A stretch of DNA of 64,000 bases from a virus (IMGVR_UViG_3300028591_000078:160001-224000); one strand, 5' to 3'; positions 39,917 to 49,966 are shown, numbered from the stretch's first letter. Program-made: numbers and translations. The notes: a model not told the origin generated them from the sequence alone.

Positions 39917-40345
39917 TTAATAGAAGATGATTAGTTCACCATCTTCATATTTATAACTACTGCTACCATACGTTGTAGAATCGGATCCATTTGAAATTTC
40001 AATAGATAATTTTTTAGTTGAATCATTATAGGAATATTTATAATGATATCGTCCAGTACTACCATTATTATTATTTATTCCTACAAAGCTACCACTAGAC
40101 CCTGAACTAGTATCTATGTTTAATCTGTCAACTCCATCACTATTAATACCAGAAGAACTTGGTTCTGTATATCTATAAAAACACATACAAAATTTTGGAG
40201 CGCTAGGAAGATCAACAGTTTTATTTAATGAACCAGTACTGGTTGATGCTTTAAAAGATTTTATTCCTGTTAATCCAGAACCAGCAGCAAGATATTCATC
40301 AGTTAAACTAGTTACAGTACCATCTTCATTAGCATATATTGCCAT
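39917..40345 (-). CDS. variable tip cassette protein 2
   Basis: MAIYANEDG; body related to 40930..41337. Confidence 0.7.
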   Translation of the reverse strand: MAIYANEDGTVTSLTDEYLAAGSGLTGIKSFKASTSTGSLNKTVDLPSAPKFCMCFYRYTEPSSSGINSDGVDRLNIDTSSGSSGSFVGINNNNGSTGRYHYKYSYNDSTKKLSIEISNGSDSTTYGSSSYKYEDGELIIFY

Positions 40346-40393
40346 AATAAGCCTCCTTATGAATGTAAATAAATTTTATTCCTATTTATTTTG

Positions 40394-40423
40394 CTAAACT
40401 TAAAAGTAAACTTTTAAGTTTAG
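40394..40423 (-). promoter_or_regulatory. type-B leader palindrome
   Basis: ctaaacttaaaagt-aa-acttttaagtttag; identical copies at 41386 and 47019, inverted copy at 48960. Confidence 0.8.
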
Positions 40424-40505
40424 TCGAAAATTAAAAATTACATACTCACATGCTGCCTAAGTATATGAGTGGTAAAAATTTTTGATCAAATTAATTTTTA
40501 AATGA

Positions 40506-40534
40506 CTAAACTTTCAGTTTTACTGAAAGTTTAG
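40506..40534 (+). promoter_or_regulatory. type-C leader palindrome
   Basis: ctaaactttcagt-ttt-actgaaagtttag. Confidence 0.75.
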
Positions 40535-40557
40535 GAAAGAAAGAGAAATGCATTTTT

Positions 40558-40890
40558 ATGGCTGTATATGCTAATGAAGATGGTACTATTAAAAATCTGA
40601 CTGATATAACTAATACTGGTTTTACAAAAATTACAATGGGAATTATAGGTTCTAAGGGTACTATATCAAAAAATGTTGGTTTTACTATAAAACATTGTTT
40701 ATTTATTGGAATTAGAGAAAGTGGCGGAGACAGTTATCCTGAAATACAGTCTAATACATTTGCGGTTGATAGTGGATCTATATATGTAGGAGGATATGAT
40801 TACGCAAATGTATCATTTTCTGGAACTACTATTTCCTATAGTAATAATGGTAGTAGCAACAGAAATGTTGTTTATATAGCATTTGGATAA
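40558..40890 (+). CDS. variable tip cassette protein 3
   Basis: MAVYANEDG; ends in YIAFG. Confidence 0.7.
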   Translation: MAVYANEDGTIKNLTDITNTGFTKITMGIIGSKGTISKNVGFTIKHCLFIGIRESGGDSYPEIQSNTFAVDSGSIYVGGYDYANVSFSGTTISYSNNGSSNRNVVYIAFG

Positions 40891-40895
40891 ATAAA

Positions 40896-40922
40896 ATCCC
40901 TAGGGTAAAATACCCTAGGGAT
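40896..40922. terminator. bidirectional terminator, near-identical to 39880
   Basis: atccctagggta-aaa-taccctagggat. Confidence 0.75.
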
Positions 40923-40929
40923 ATTTATT

Positions 40930-41337
40930 TTAATAAAAGACTATCATTAGACAATCCTCATATTTTCTATCTTCTGAAGTTTGATTGGTACCAGCGTGTC
41001 CATTATTTATACTAATTACTAGCTGTTTTGTTGATTCTATATAATTATAGGTATATAAATAACTGTTTGGTATACTTCCATTTGAATCAAATTTACCAAC
41101 CCAATGGCCACTTAGATTAACAGAATATCCTAGATATGAGTGATATTCAAGGCCACCAGCAGTACCACTTATAAGTTTATTATATGTATAAAAACATAAA
41201 ACAAATTTTGGCTTGCTATCAAGCGTTATAGTAGTCGATTTAGTAAAAGCTTTTATTCCTGTTAGCCCAGAATCAACAGCAAGATATTCACCAGTTAAAT
41301 CAGATATAGTACCATCTTCATTAGCGTATATAGCCAT
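40930..41337 (-). CDS. variable tip cassette protein 4
   Basis: MAIYANEDG. Confidence 0.7.
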   Translation of the reverse strand: MAIYANEDGTISDLTGEYLAVDSGLTGIKAFTKSTTITLDSKPKFVLCFYTYNKLISGTAGGLEYHSYLGYSVNLSGHWVGKFDSNGSIPNSYLYTYNYIESTKQLVISINNGHAGTNQTSEDRKYEDCLMIVFY

Positions 41338-41385
41338 AGTAAACCTCCTTATGAATGTATTTTATTTTTATTCCTATTTATTTTG

Positions 41386-41415
41386 CTAAACTTAAAAGTA
41401 AACTTTTAAGTTTAG
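41386..41415 (-). promoter_or_regulatory. type-B leader palindrome
   Basis: Identical to 40394-40423. Confidence 0.8.
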
Positions 41416-41522
41416 TTGCTTGTAAAATTTTACATATGGCCATACTGCCTAAGTATAAGAATGATTAAAATTCTATATTTGATTAAATAATAAAGCCGTA
41501 GGGAAATTCCCTACGGCTAATT

Positions 41523-42107
41523 TTATTCATCATCGTATACACTAGAAAGTTCTTTTCCAATATCTGTAACTCCAGCTTCATCATTAGATATCTGCTCTGT
41601 TGCTTCCTCATCTTCATTAAATGATTTTGCTGCCCATTCAGATATACCAATATCTTTAGTATCTTGGACGAATTCATCTTTACGAGTATATACTTTTATA
41701 GCATCAAGTACATATTGATCGAGCTTCATAGCATCTATGAGTTTTAATATATTAGGACTCAATCCATACTCTGACCCACATTCAAATAAACGCTCTTTAG
41801 CAACTCCAAGTATTGCCAGATAATACTCATCTTCAGTATTGAAATCACGTCTATTTAAAGATGCTATCTTGATTGCATCCTGTGCTACCTGATCAATCTG
41901 TTCGAGAATAAGTGTAAGATAGTCATCTACATCCATAGTGACTTCAGATTTTGCAGACTTCTTTCTACGAATCTCTAAGATCAACATAGCAAGATTTACC
42001 ATTACAAGTACTACTACTGCTACTATAAGTAAAACACTAGTAGCCTCATTCTCAGGTGTCATTACCTCGGGATGAGATTCTGCACTAAGTAAAATAGTAT
42101 TCATCAT
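41523..42107 (-). CDS. single-TM membrane protein
   Basis: Hydrophobic helix followed by RRKK; acidic C-terminus. Confidence 0.6.
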   Translation of the reverse strand: MMNTILLSAESHPEVMTPENEATSVLLIVAVVVLVMVNLAMLILEIRRKKSAKSEVTMDVDDYLTLILEQIDQVAQDAIKIASLNRRDFNTEDEYYLAILGVAKERLFECGSEYGLSPNILKLIDAMKLDQYVLDAIKVYTRKDEFVQDTKDIGISEWAAKSFNEDEEATEQISNDEAGVTDIGKELSSVYDDE

Positions 42108-42124
42108 CTTAAACCCTCCTCTTA

Positions 42125-43777
42125 TTAGCATACATAGTTATTATTCGTATTATTATTAGCAACAATTCCAGACAGTCCTTTACCTCTTAAGAGGTTATTG
42201 CTGAAAATGTTGTTCTGGCCATTTACATATATTGTATACTCATCATCTTTGTAGTCTTTAGGATCACCATTTCCACGGACTATAGTATTATATGCAAAAA
42301 TATTGTATTTCGGTACTACATCTGTAGAACCCTGAGCAGCATTCAGCAGAGCGATACCAATCTTGCAATTAATAAGATGATTATTCTCTATCTTATTATA
42401 CTGAGTATTAGAGTAGAAAGATGCTACATAGATACCAAGATTACAATCTATGGCTTTAGAGAATACTATAGAGTTTGTATAGCAAGGAGTATTGACATCA
42501 GATATTATCCAGAAGCCATACTTACAATTCTTAGCAGTACAGTTCTCTATAATATTATTATCTCCAGTAATCTTGATACCATGTCTACACTCTACAGTAA
42601 CATTCTCGATTCTATTATTGTTACCATGTACACATATATTACCCCAAGGACGTTCAATAGGACCAATAAGTCCCATAGAAGATATACTGAGATTTCTAAG
42701 AGTTATTCCAGAACCCTTGATATCAAATACATACTGCTCAGTCTTCTTATCAAACATATCCATATGTATAGAGTTGGTAATCTTAACACCAGATTCACCT
42801 ACTATTTCAACATCGTTTCTATTGATAATAATAGGCTTTCTGGTAGTATATGAATTATATGCTTTAAGAAGAACTATCTTTCTAGCATTCACATTATTGA
42901 GCAGCTTGGCAAATACTTCATGAAGAGAATCATCCTGTCCAACAACGAAGTCTGCACCTGTATATTCAGGACCTATAGTATATACCTTAGGTTCGAGTCT
43001 TACTATCGGAACTTTAGTATCTCTATATACTAACTGATTACCCTCAAACTGAATAGCTTCGAGTTTCATCAGCATTTCAGGAGACATAAGTCCAGACTTA
43101 TAATAGGTTACAAGGTTATTATCAGCCTTACTATCCCAAGATGAAATCTGCTCATCAGATACATGACGGATATTCTCATTAGAAGGATGGATATAATTAT
43201 TAGCATTATAGTCTATAGACTTAAGCTTATCATAGTCCTTTGCTGTAATAAGACCATCGATCTCACTAGTAGCAAGAGGATAAGTGAACATCTTTAAAGC
43301 TACCCACTTACCAGCAGTGTAACGATATCCTATGCCTTCATCATTTACTGGCACAAACCAGCCCTCTTCTATATTACTAAGACCAGAATACTTCTGTTTA
43401 AATTCTTCAGTATTCTTTACTGCTGGCTGCCATTTCATACCCATAGTAGCAGCTGCAATTTTATTATCAGTTTCACTACGAGTATACTTATCAAAGATCT
43501 TAGATCTTTCTTCTTTAGTAATATGAATAATAGCGTTATTAGTATGGGATCTAAGCTCAGATCTTACAAGGTCTGCTTTAGCCTTAGAGCCCTTAACAGA
43601 CTCTTTATTATTCCATTCATCAGTCTTCTCTTTAGTAAGATGAATATTCTGATTAGTTATATGAGCGAGCATTCTCTCATATATTATAGGATCAACAGAG
43701 ACATTCTCCTGAGTAATATTAGTAGTAGTTTCTTCTGCCTTAGAAGAATTGTCTGATATAATTCCAATCGGTTTCAA
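42125..43777 (-). CDS. tail spike with pectin-lyase-like beta-helix (putative depolymerase)
   Basis: N-terminal HITxEE..W/GLMS fibre motifs; C-terminal GxNNxIEN beta-helix repeats. Confidence 0.7.
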   Translation of the reverse strand: MKPIGIISDNSSKAEETTTNITQENVSVDPIIYERMLAHITNQNIHLTKEKTDEWNNKESVKGSKAKADLVRSELRSHTNNAIIHITKEERSKIFDKYTRSETDNKIAAATMGMKWQPAVKNTEEFKQKYSGLSNIEEGWFVPVNDEGIGYRYTAGKWVALKMFTYPLATSEIDGLITAKDYDKLKSIDYNANNYIHPSNENIRHVSDEQISSWDSKADNNLVTYYKSGLMSPEMLMKLEAIQFEGNQLVYRDTKVPIVRLEPKVYTIGPEYTGADFVVGQDDSLHEVFAKLLNNVNARKIVLLKAYNSYTTRKPIIINRNDVEIVGESGVKITNSIHMDMFDKKTEQYVFDIKGSGITLRNLSISSMGLIGPIERPWGNICVHGNNNRIENVTVECRHGIKITGDNNIIENCTAKNCKYGFWIISDVNTPCYTNSIVFSKAIDCNLGIYVASFYSNTQYNKIENNHLINCKIGIALLNAAQGSTDVVPKYNIFAYNTIVRGNGDPKDYKDDEYTIYVNGQNNIFSNNLLRGKGLSGIVANNNTNNNYVC

Positions 43778-43836
43778 TTGAAGTCCTCCCTTCAAAATTT
43801 GGTGGTCGGGATAGATATCTATCCCGACCGATTTAT

Positions 43837-45054
43837 TTAAAGATCTTCAGGATGGATCTCAGCATCATAAGAGTATCCATGAGGATGCATTGCAGTTGTA
43901 GGAACATGACGCATTGCAGGTCTAAGATCATGATGGTCAAGATCCCATCTGTCCTTAGATATCTGGTAATATCTCATACACTTAAGAGATTCCAAGCAAG
44001 GATCAGGTACAGTAAACAGCGATGCAGATGTACCAGCTTCAAGCTTGATATATTCTATAGTAGCATCTGCTTCAGAAGAAGCCATAAGTCCTACATAGTA
44101 ATTATCTACAGGCTCAGCGATATTGAATGTATACATATTCAGACCACTAGCACCACAGAGCTTAGTACCATTGGTAGCAGTAAGCAGATAGATATTAGCA
44201 CTACCAGTAAGCTTAGCAGAAAGTGTATAGTTTCCAGCAGGAAGATGCTCTATGTACTGTACTATATTACCACCAGTAGCAAATCTTACTCTGATAGGAT
44301 TGGACAGATAGAGTCCAGTATCATCAGCAAATATCTTACAACCATTAGTATACCATCTATCAACAGTATAACCAGTGATATCATAAGATACTTCTTCTCT
44401 CTGATTTATATAGAAAGAAGGATTGATAAGTATATTAGGTTTAGATGTAGACTGATCATAGGTAGCAGAACCACCTTCAGATTCTGTATTACATCTTACA
44501 AGTTCGAGTGCAGGATCAGGATCTACATACATAGTACCATTTTCACCATGCTCGATCTTTACATACTGAAGAATTATATCTTCACCAGAGTACACTCTGA
44601 TAACGAACTCATTGGTTACAGTATTATATACTATTCTAGGACCAATCTGAGTTACCTGTTCCTGATAGAAATAGCTATTATTGGTAGCATCTCTAATAAA
44701 TGCATCCCATGTAGCTTCATATCCAACAGTCTTACAAGAGATAGAAAAGAGACTTCCTACCTCTATATTTCTAGTAAGCTTCTGAGATATATTAATATAA
44801 GCATCAGAAGTACCACTTACTCTTACTCTGAGACCCTGTTCTACAGGATTTATCTCAAAAGATACATCAGGAGACTGAGAGCTTGTAACAGTCCAGTTAT
44901 TTACACATGATTTATTGAATTCTGTATAAGAATCTTTACCCGAAGTATTGATCTTAAAGTTTGAATTGATCAAAAGATTGGGGTTGCATATAGTATTAGG
45001 CGAGACGATTCTGGCATTTCCAGCAATCATGTTGCTTCCAATTGCAAGAGACAT
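43837..45054 (-). CDS. tail protein with two carbohydrate-binding-like modules
   Basis: Duplicated PNLLINxxFxIN..YxKxExG..PDP..E..C module typical of phage tail fibre CBM domains. Confidence 0.65.
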   Translation of the reverse strand: MSLAIGSNMIAGNARIVSPNTICNPNLLINSNFKINTSGKDSYTEFNKSCVNNWTVTSSQSPDVSFEINPVEQGLRVRVSGTSDAYINISQKLTRNIEVGSLFSISCKTVGYEATWDAFIRDATNNSYFYQEQVTQIGPRIVYNTVTNEFVIRVYSGEDIILQYVKIEHGENGTMYVDPDPALELVRCNTESEGGSATYDQSTSKPNILINPSFYINQREEVSYDITGYTVDRWYTNGCKIFADDTGLYLSNPIRVRFATGGNIVQYIEHLPAGNYTLSAKLTGSANIYLLTATNGTKLCGASGLNMYTFNIAEPVDNYYVGLMASSEADATIEYIKLEAGTSASLFTVPDPCLESLKCMRYYQISKDRWDLDHHDLRPAMRHVPTTAMHPHGYSYDAEIHPEDL

Positions 45055-45141
45055 ATAGGATTTCCTCCTTTTGAATTGATATTTAATATAAAGTTAAGAG
45101 AAGCAATATTAAACCCTACCCATATGGGTAGGGTTAATGTA

Positions 45142-46176
45142 TTAGGTATGAGTTCCATACAGGTATCCAGCAGGACAAGTTGTAGTATCTGCAGCTCTAG
45201 TACCAAATCCTATATTTCTTAAACAGCTAAGATAATAGTAGCTATCACCAGTAGAAGTCTTATGATTCTCAGTTGTTTCAGCAAGACTACTTGCATAGTT
45301 TGCATTTATTGCATTTAATGCAGAGCCACCAGCAGAATCTGATCCGGCATAATTATGTGTATGGGACTTAGGAGCATAAGCAGTGTCATGGTTATGAGTA
45401 GCAATAGCAAAGTATGAATCAGGTCTATATGCCGCGCTATCTATAGCATGAACCTTTATATTCTGAACAGAACCATTTATAGTAAACTGTATATTACCAT
45501 TTATAGAGCTTTCAGCAGCACTTGTAACACCAGTATTAGTGATTGTAGATCCAGTTACATTTATACCAGTACCACCAGTATATGCAGTACCAGCAGGCAG
45601 AGGTGCAGTTGCAGTATGATCATCACCATATGTATATACAATATTACCGTTTTCGACATTGATAGACTTTACATATGTACCCTTGATATTATTACCGCTC
45701 TGATCAGCAATAGCCTTATCAGCAGTACCATGAATATTACCAGTAAATCCATACTGCGATCCAATGCTACCATCATCACATACATAGAGATGTCCTATAA
45801 CAGCGCCATCGTGAAAGTATATATGCTTAGCGATATGAGTTTCACCCTGATCATTTATAAGGGCAATACCAGTTTCACCAGTATCAGAGATCTTATATCC
45901 ATTGATTGAATCTGCATTCAGATCAGGCATAGAATCTACAGTAGTTTTCAACCATTCTTTATCTACAGATATAGTACCAGTAGATGCGATATAGATTATA
46001 CCTTCACCGGCCTTAATAGATGATCCACTACCAGGATCTACATAGTCATCATATATATAATATACTGTCTTGGTGTTATGATTAATCTCACCAGTACTAA
46101 TCTTCAAAAGCCATTCGGATTTCTTTATTGGAACAGGCTCATTATTACGATTTTTAAGTCCGTTTATTACAGGCAT
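45142..46176 (-). CDS. short tail fibre protein
   Basis: Shares HNHDxAYAPKSHTHNYAGSxSAGG and the C-terminal LRxxxxGTxAAxTTxCPxGxxYGxH motif with the giant fibre. Confidence 0.7.
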   Translation of the reverse strand: MPVINGLKNRNNEPVPIKKSEWLLKISTGEINHNTKTVYYIYDDYVDPGSGSSIKAGEGIIYIASTGTISVDKEWLKTTVDSMPDLNADSINGYKISDTGETGIALINDQGETHIAKHIYFHDGAVIGHLYVCDDGSIGSQYGFTGNIHGTADKAIADQSGNNIKGTYVKSINVENGNIVYTYGDDHTATAPLPAGTAYTGGTGINVTGSTITNTGVTSAAESSINGNIQFTINGSVQNIKVHAIDSAAYRPDSYFAIATHNHDTAYAPKSHTHNYAGSDSAGGSALNAINANYASSLAETTENHKTSTGDSYYYLSCLRNIGFGTRAADTTTCPAGYLYGTHT

Positions 46177-46250
46177 TGAATACTCCTCCTTTTATAAAGT
46201 GTATTTTAATATAAAGTTAATACTCTCCAAATAGCTAGTGATAGAAGAAT

Positions 46251-46278
46251 TACCCATGTACCAATTGGTACATGGGTA
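46251..46278. terminator. perfect 28-bp palindrome / terminator
   Basis: tacccatgtaccaa-ttggtacatgggta. Confidence 0.7.
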
Positions 46279-46282
46279 TATA

Positions 46283-46972
46283 TTAATCATCAAAAGTAAG
46301 AATATTGAATACTCTAACTTTATCATTACCTGGATATACAGATATATTTGATTTGGCTTGAGATTTTGTAACACTACTATTTAACTGAAAAGCTTGTGAT
46401 ATAATAAAATTATTACCACTAAGAGTATATAGCATTACATTACTGTCAACTCCTCTAAATCCTGGTTTATATGGATATATAATGTATTGTGATTGCCCAG
46501 AACCTATTTGAATCGGAGCTCCACTTAATTCGAGCATAGCCCACGAATAACCAGTATTATTGGAATAATAACTTTGACCTTGTTTTAACTTATACCATGA
46601 CTGGGAACTAATAAGTTCATTTTGAAAACTATAAATAGTATTAGTACTTGTGGCTGTCAAACTTGTATATACTTCATCTGTATAAGTAGTTGCATCAGCA
46701 TCTGGATCATCACTTCGAAAATTTAAAGCAATATAAGAAGGTGTACATCCAAGATCTATAGTCTTTATTGGAATTACAAAATTTTCCATATTTGCATATG
46801 TTGATGTAGGAGTTTTAGTTCCCCATCTAGGATAATTATTAATTATAGTGCTTCTAAATTCAGCAGGACTCATATCACAAGTATCGCTAGTAATTTTAAA
46901 AGTTTGAAAGAACTTGGCACTTGCTTTACTAAGATCTTTAATACTACCATTCTCATTAACATATACTGCCAT
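46283..46972 (-). CDS. variable tip cassette protein 5
   Basis: True start MAVYVNENG after GAGGTG. Confidence 0.7.
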   Translation of the reverse strand: MAVYVNENGSIKDLSKASAKFFQTFKITSDTCDMSPAEFRSTIINNYPRWGTKTPTSTYANMENFVIPIKTIDLGCTPSYIALNFRSDDPDADATTYTDEVYTSLTATSTNTIYSFQNELISSQSWYKLKQGQSYYSNNTGYSWAMLELSGAPIQIGSGQSQYIIYPYKPGFRGVDSNVMLYTLSGNNFIISQAFQLNSSVTKSQAKSNISVYPGNDKVRVFNILTFDD

Positions 46973-47018
46973 ACTAAGGCACCTCACGTTCATTAAATTT
47001 TTATTCCTATTTATTTTG

Positions 47019-47048
47019 CTAAACTTAAAAGTAAACTTTTAAGTTTAG
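47019..47048 (-). promoter_or_regulatory. type-B leader palindrome
   Basis: Identical to 40394-40423. Confidence 0.8.
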
Positions 47049-47091
47049 TCGAAAATTAAAAATTACATACGGCCATAGCGAGGCAATATAT

Positions 47092-47220
47092 GATCATACC
47101 CATTTTAGGGTATGATCTTTGAAATATTTTTCTATAACCTATATAACTTATTGGTTTTACCAATAAGTTATATAGGTTTAAATCGTGTAAAACACTTAAG
47201 TTATATAGGTGTAAAATTTT
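47092..47220 (+). promoter_or_regulatory. type-A leader (covariant hairpins plus extra flipped half-palindrome)
   Basis: gatcataccc/gggtatgatc; aacctatataacttattggt-ttt-accaataagttatataggtt; gtgtaaaacacttaagttatataggt. Confidence 0.75.
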
Positions 47221-47237
47221 GAAGGAAGGTTTGATAT

Positions 47238-47990
47238 ATGTCTTTATGGGTTAATGAAAATGGTACTATGAAAGAAATTGCTACAGATAAGGATAGTACT
47301 GGTGCATATAAATGTACTAGAGATCTTGTATACTGTAAATGGTCATATAACAATGTAGCACGAGAAGGATATCAAGGATATCAGGGTATTACTGCTGCTA
47401 CATTAGGATTAACAAAAACTATATTAGTTGATAAAAAGACTGGTTCTGGTCAGAGTGGATCTTATTCATATCCATCTCGTGATATAAGTATAAAAGATCT
47501 TGATGAAAGTTATAAAAAGACTATTTATACTGGAACATTTCCTCGTAATATGTGTCCAAATGCAGCAATGGTATCACAAATCAGAACTGATACACTAATC
47601 AGTTCTGATACTGGTTTGGTTTTAAAACAATATTTTATTAGTAATACTGCTGAATTTGATAAGTTTTTAGAAGTTGGTGATTCTTTTAGTAGTATTGTTG
47701 GATGCGGATACCCAATTGCAGATGATTATAGTAATAATGCCTCTAAATCTAGTGACCCTAGAAATTGGTCGTCAAAAGTTGAACTGAGAGCTATGGGAGA
47801 ATGCTTAGATGGTATTAATTATAGATTCTATGTAGTACTAGCTAGAACTTCTGACATTACAGAACAGGCAGCTTTAACTACAAAACTGTATTCTTATCAT
47901 AGATTAAATTCTCCAGGATTTGATTATAAATGGATTGGTACTTATTTAATTCAACATATACCATCATACACTGAATATACTATAGAATAA
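47238..47990 (+). CDS. variable tip cassette protein 6
   Basis: MSLWVNENG; body unrelated to cassette 1. Confidence 0.7.
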   Translation: MSLWVNENGTMKEIATDKDSTGAYKCTRDLVYCKWSYNNVAREGYQGYQGITAATLGLTKTILVDKKTGSGQSGSYSYPSRDISIKDLDESYKKTIYTGTFPRNMCPNAAMVSQIRTDTLISSDTGLVLKQYFISNTAEFDKFLEVGDSFSSIVGCGYPIADDYSNNASKSSDPRNWSSKVELRAMGECLDGINYRFYVVLARTSDITEQAALTTKLYSYHRLNSPGFDYKWIGTYLIQHIPSYTEYTIE

Positions 47991-47996
47991 TATAAA

Positions 47997-48021
47997 ACCC
48001 GTGTACCATTGGTACACGGGT
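47997..48021. terminator. terminator, covariant copy of 46251 palindrome
   Basis: acccgtgtacca-t-tggtacacgggt. Confidence 0.7.
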
Positions 48022-48053
48022 ATATTATTTTATTGAAAGCTCATTACGTTACC

Positions 48054-48371
48054 TTAATTGTATGCCTTTGTCTGTAAGTATATGATCTCATAGCCATATT
48101 CTTTTGCACAGATGTGTTCTATATTACATCCACGTGCAGTATTATATCCATCTACAAATGCAACGACATCTGCATTAGACATAAGCTTGAGACTGTCTGC
48201 AAGATACCATAATGGCTTAGCATCTACAGGAGCATCCTTGAAGAAACTATCGATGATTTCTATCTCTTCTTCTCTATATCTTTCCTTTATTTCCTTGATT
48301 GCCTCTTCTCGTGTAGCAAGAATCTGCTCATCTGAGAGACTTCTCATCGGCTGAGAGATAAATACCTTCAT
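48054..48371 (-). CDS. DUF4406-like (nucleoside deoxyribosyltransferase-fold) protein
   Basis: MKVFISQPM..ADVVAF..ARGCNIEH motif. Confidence 0.7.
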   Translation of the reverse strand: MKVFISQPMRSLSDEQILATREEAIKEIKERYREEEIEIIDSFFKDAPVDAKPLWYLADSLKLMSNADVVAFVDGYNTARGCNIEHICAKEYGYEIIYLQTKAYN

Positions 48372-48425
48372 AACTATATCATCCTTTCTTTTGAATATAT
48401 TATATAGTTATTGAGGATTTGCCTT

Positions 48426-48830
48426 TTAATACACTACAAATACACCATACTTTATTGAACTGTCACTTTTTACAATTAGTGTTGTTGCATTATTTGTATC
48501 TTTTGCTAAGTTAATATATGCTCCACCTCTACCAGCATTAACACTATAGTTCCAACCTATATTTCTACTAGTAATTTCCTCACCATTATAAGTAGTAAAT
48601 ACCATATCTTCAACTTTTATTATTACTGGAACTCTTACTGTAGTTTCTGTCTCCACATGGAGAGGTATAAGTACTATATATTTATAATTAGTATAATTAG
48701 GTATACTAACAGAATCATCCGTTGTTCTAGTACCAAAATATTTGATACCATTTATTACAAATCCATTACTATAATCTGTTTTTTCAGTTAAGTTTTTTAA
48801 AGTTCCATTTTCATTTGCATAAATAGCCAT
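48426..48830 (-). CDS. variable tip cassette protein 7
   Basis: MAIYANENG; DYxxGFVINGIKY subfamily. Confidence 0.7.
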   Translation of the reverse strand: MAIYANENGTLKNLTEKTDYSNGFVINGIKYFGTRTTDDSVSIPNYTNYKYIVLIPLHVETETTVRVPVIIKVEDMVFTTYNGEEITSRNIGWNYSVNAGRGGAYINLAKDTNNATTLIVKSDSSIKYGVFVVY

Positions 48831-48845
48831 AAAATCAAAATCCTC

Positions 48846-48877
48846 CTAAACTTTTCAAGTAAACTTGAAAAGTTTAG
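48846..48877 (-). promoter_or_regulatory. type-C leader palindrome
   Basis: ctaaacttttcaagt-aa-acttgaaaagtttag. Confidence 0.75.
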
Positions 48878-48959
48878 TCATTTAAAAATTAATTTGATCA
48901 AAAATTTTGGCTATTCATATACGGCCACAATGTGGTCGTATGTAATTTTTAATTTTTGA

Positions 48960-48989
48960 CTAAACTTAAAAGTTTACTTTTAAGTTTAG
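48960..48989 (+). promoter_or_regulatory. type-B leader palindrome (inverted copy)
   Basis: ctaaacttaaaagt-tt-acttttaagtttag. Confidence 0.8.
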
Positions 48990-49037
48990 CAAAATAAATA
49001 GGAATAAAAATTATTTACGATCATAAGGAGGCTTACT

Positions 49038-49493
49038 ATGGCCGTATATGTTAATGAGAATGGTACAGTGCAAACGTTAGCTACAGATGGCGAACCATTA
49101 AACATGTCAGTTCAACATTATACAGCAAAATTTATTTATGCATATGCTCAGAGTAATCCATGGCGTGGATCTGGCTTTGAAGACCAAAGTTTTACTTTAC
49201 CATTTACTCCAAAAGCTTTTGTTGTAGCTTATGATAATGCAAAAATGCCAGTAGAACACGCTGACAGTACAAACAGTCATCGTATTATAACATCAAGAGA
49301 TATTGCAATAGGTGATAACTCAATAGATATAACTGCCTCTTTTACCACTAACCATAAAAGCGTTTATTATCATTATTTTAAAATTAATGGTAATACAGTC
49401 ACTATACCAAAGACTACATATACTAGTTTTGCTCTTCCTTCGGTAGCATCTCACACTTTCATAATAAATTTTGATGTAATCTTTTTCTATTAA
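49038..49493 (+). CDS. variable tip cassette protein 8
   Basis: MAVYVNENG. Confidence 0.7.
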   Translation: MAVYVNENGTVQTLATDGEPLNMSVQHYTAKFIYAYAQSNPWRGSGFEDQSFTLPFTPKAFVVAYDNAKMPVEHADSTNSHRIITSRDIAIGDNSIDITASFTTNHKSVYYHYFKINGNTVTIPKTTYTSFALPSVASHTFIINFDVIFFY

Positions 49494-49531
49494 ACAAAAT
49501 TTACCCACAGGGAAAACCCTGTGGGTATTTA

Positions 49532-49966
49532 TTATGTAAGTCCGAATACAAGATACTTAGGATAATAGTTTGCACCATTGTCATGAAACTTAATATTTAA
49601 TCCAGTAGAATTTATTAGAGTTGCTTTTATTATTAATCCACCTCTACCAGCAGAACCACTATAGGCCCATCCAACAGATCTAGTAGTTGCTCCATTAAGG
49701 CCTCCAGAAGTTTGAAAAGTTAAAGGTGTTTCTAATATAAACATTCCACAAGAAAGTCGCATGCTTGCGGTAGGATCATCAGGCTGTATAGGAAGTCCTA
49801 TGATATATTTATATCCTGTATAATTAGCAATATCAATTCCGACTTCAGTACTAGCATGCTCTACAGTACCAAGATACTTGATACCATTGATTACAAAACC
49901 ATCACCATAGTCAGTCTTGTTGGTCAGTTCTTTCATTACACTGTTTTCATTAGCATAAATCGCCAT
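49532..49966 (-). CDS. variable tip cassette protein 9
   Basis: True start MAIYANENS; body related to 48426..48830. Confidence 0.7.
   Translation of the reverse strand: MAIYANENSVMKELTNKTDYGDGFVINGIKYLGTVEHASTEVGIDIANYTGYKYIIGLPIQPDDPTASMRLSCGMFILETPLTFQTSGGLNGATTRSVGWAYSGSAGRGGLIIKATLINSTGLNIKFHDNGANYYPKYLVFGLT

Noticed and set aside
43852-44910. 352-aa + strand ORF (likewise 56737..57780 on the minus strand and similar overlaps)
   Set aside because: Fully antisense to well-supported genes; implausible composition
48054-48371. DUF4406-like gene as the array's recombinase or regulator
   Set aside because: No recombinase or DNA-binding motifs; a common phage accessory gene with its own promoter
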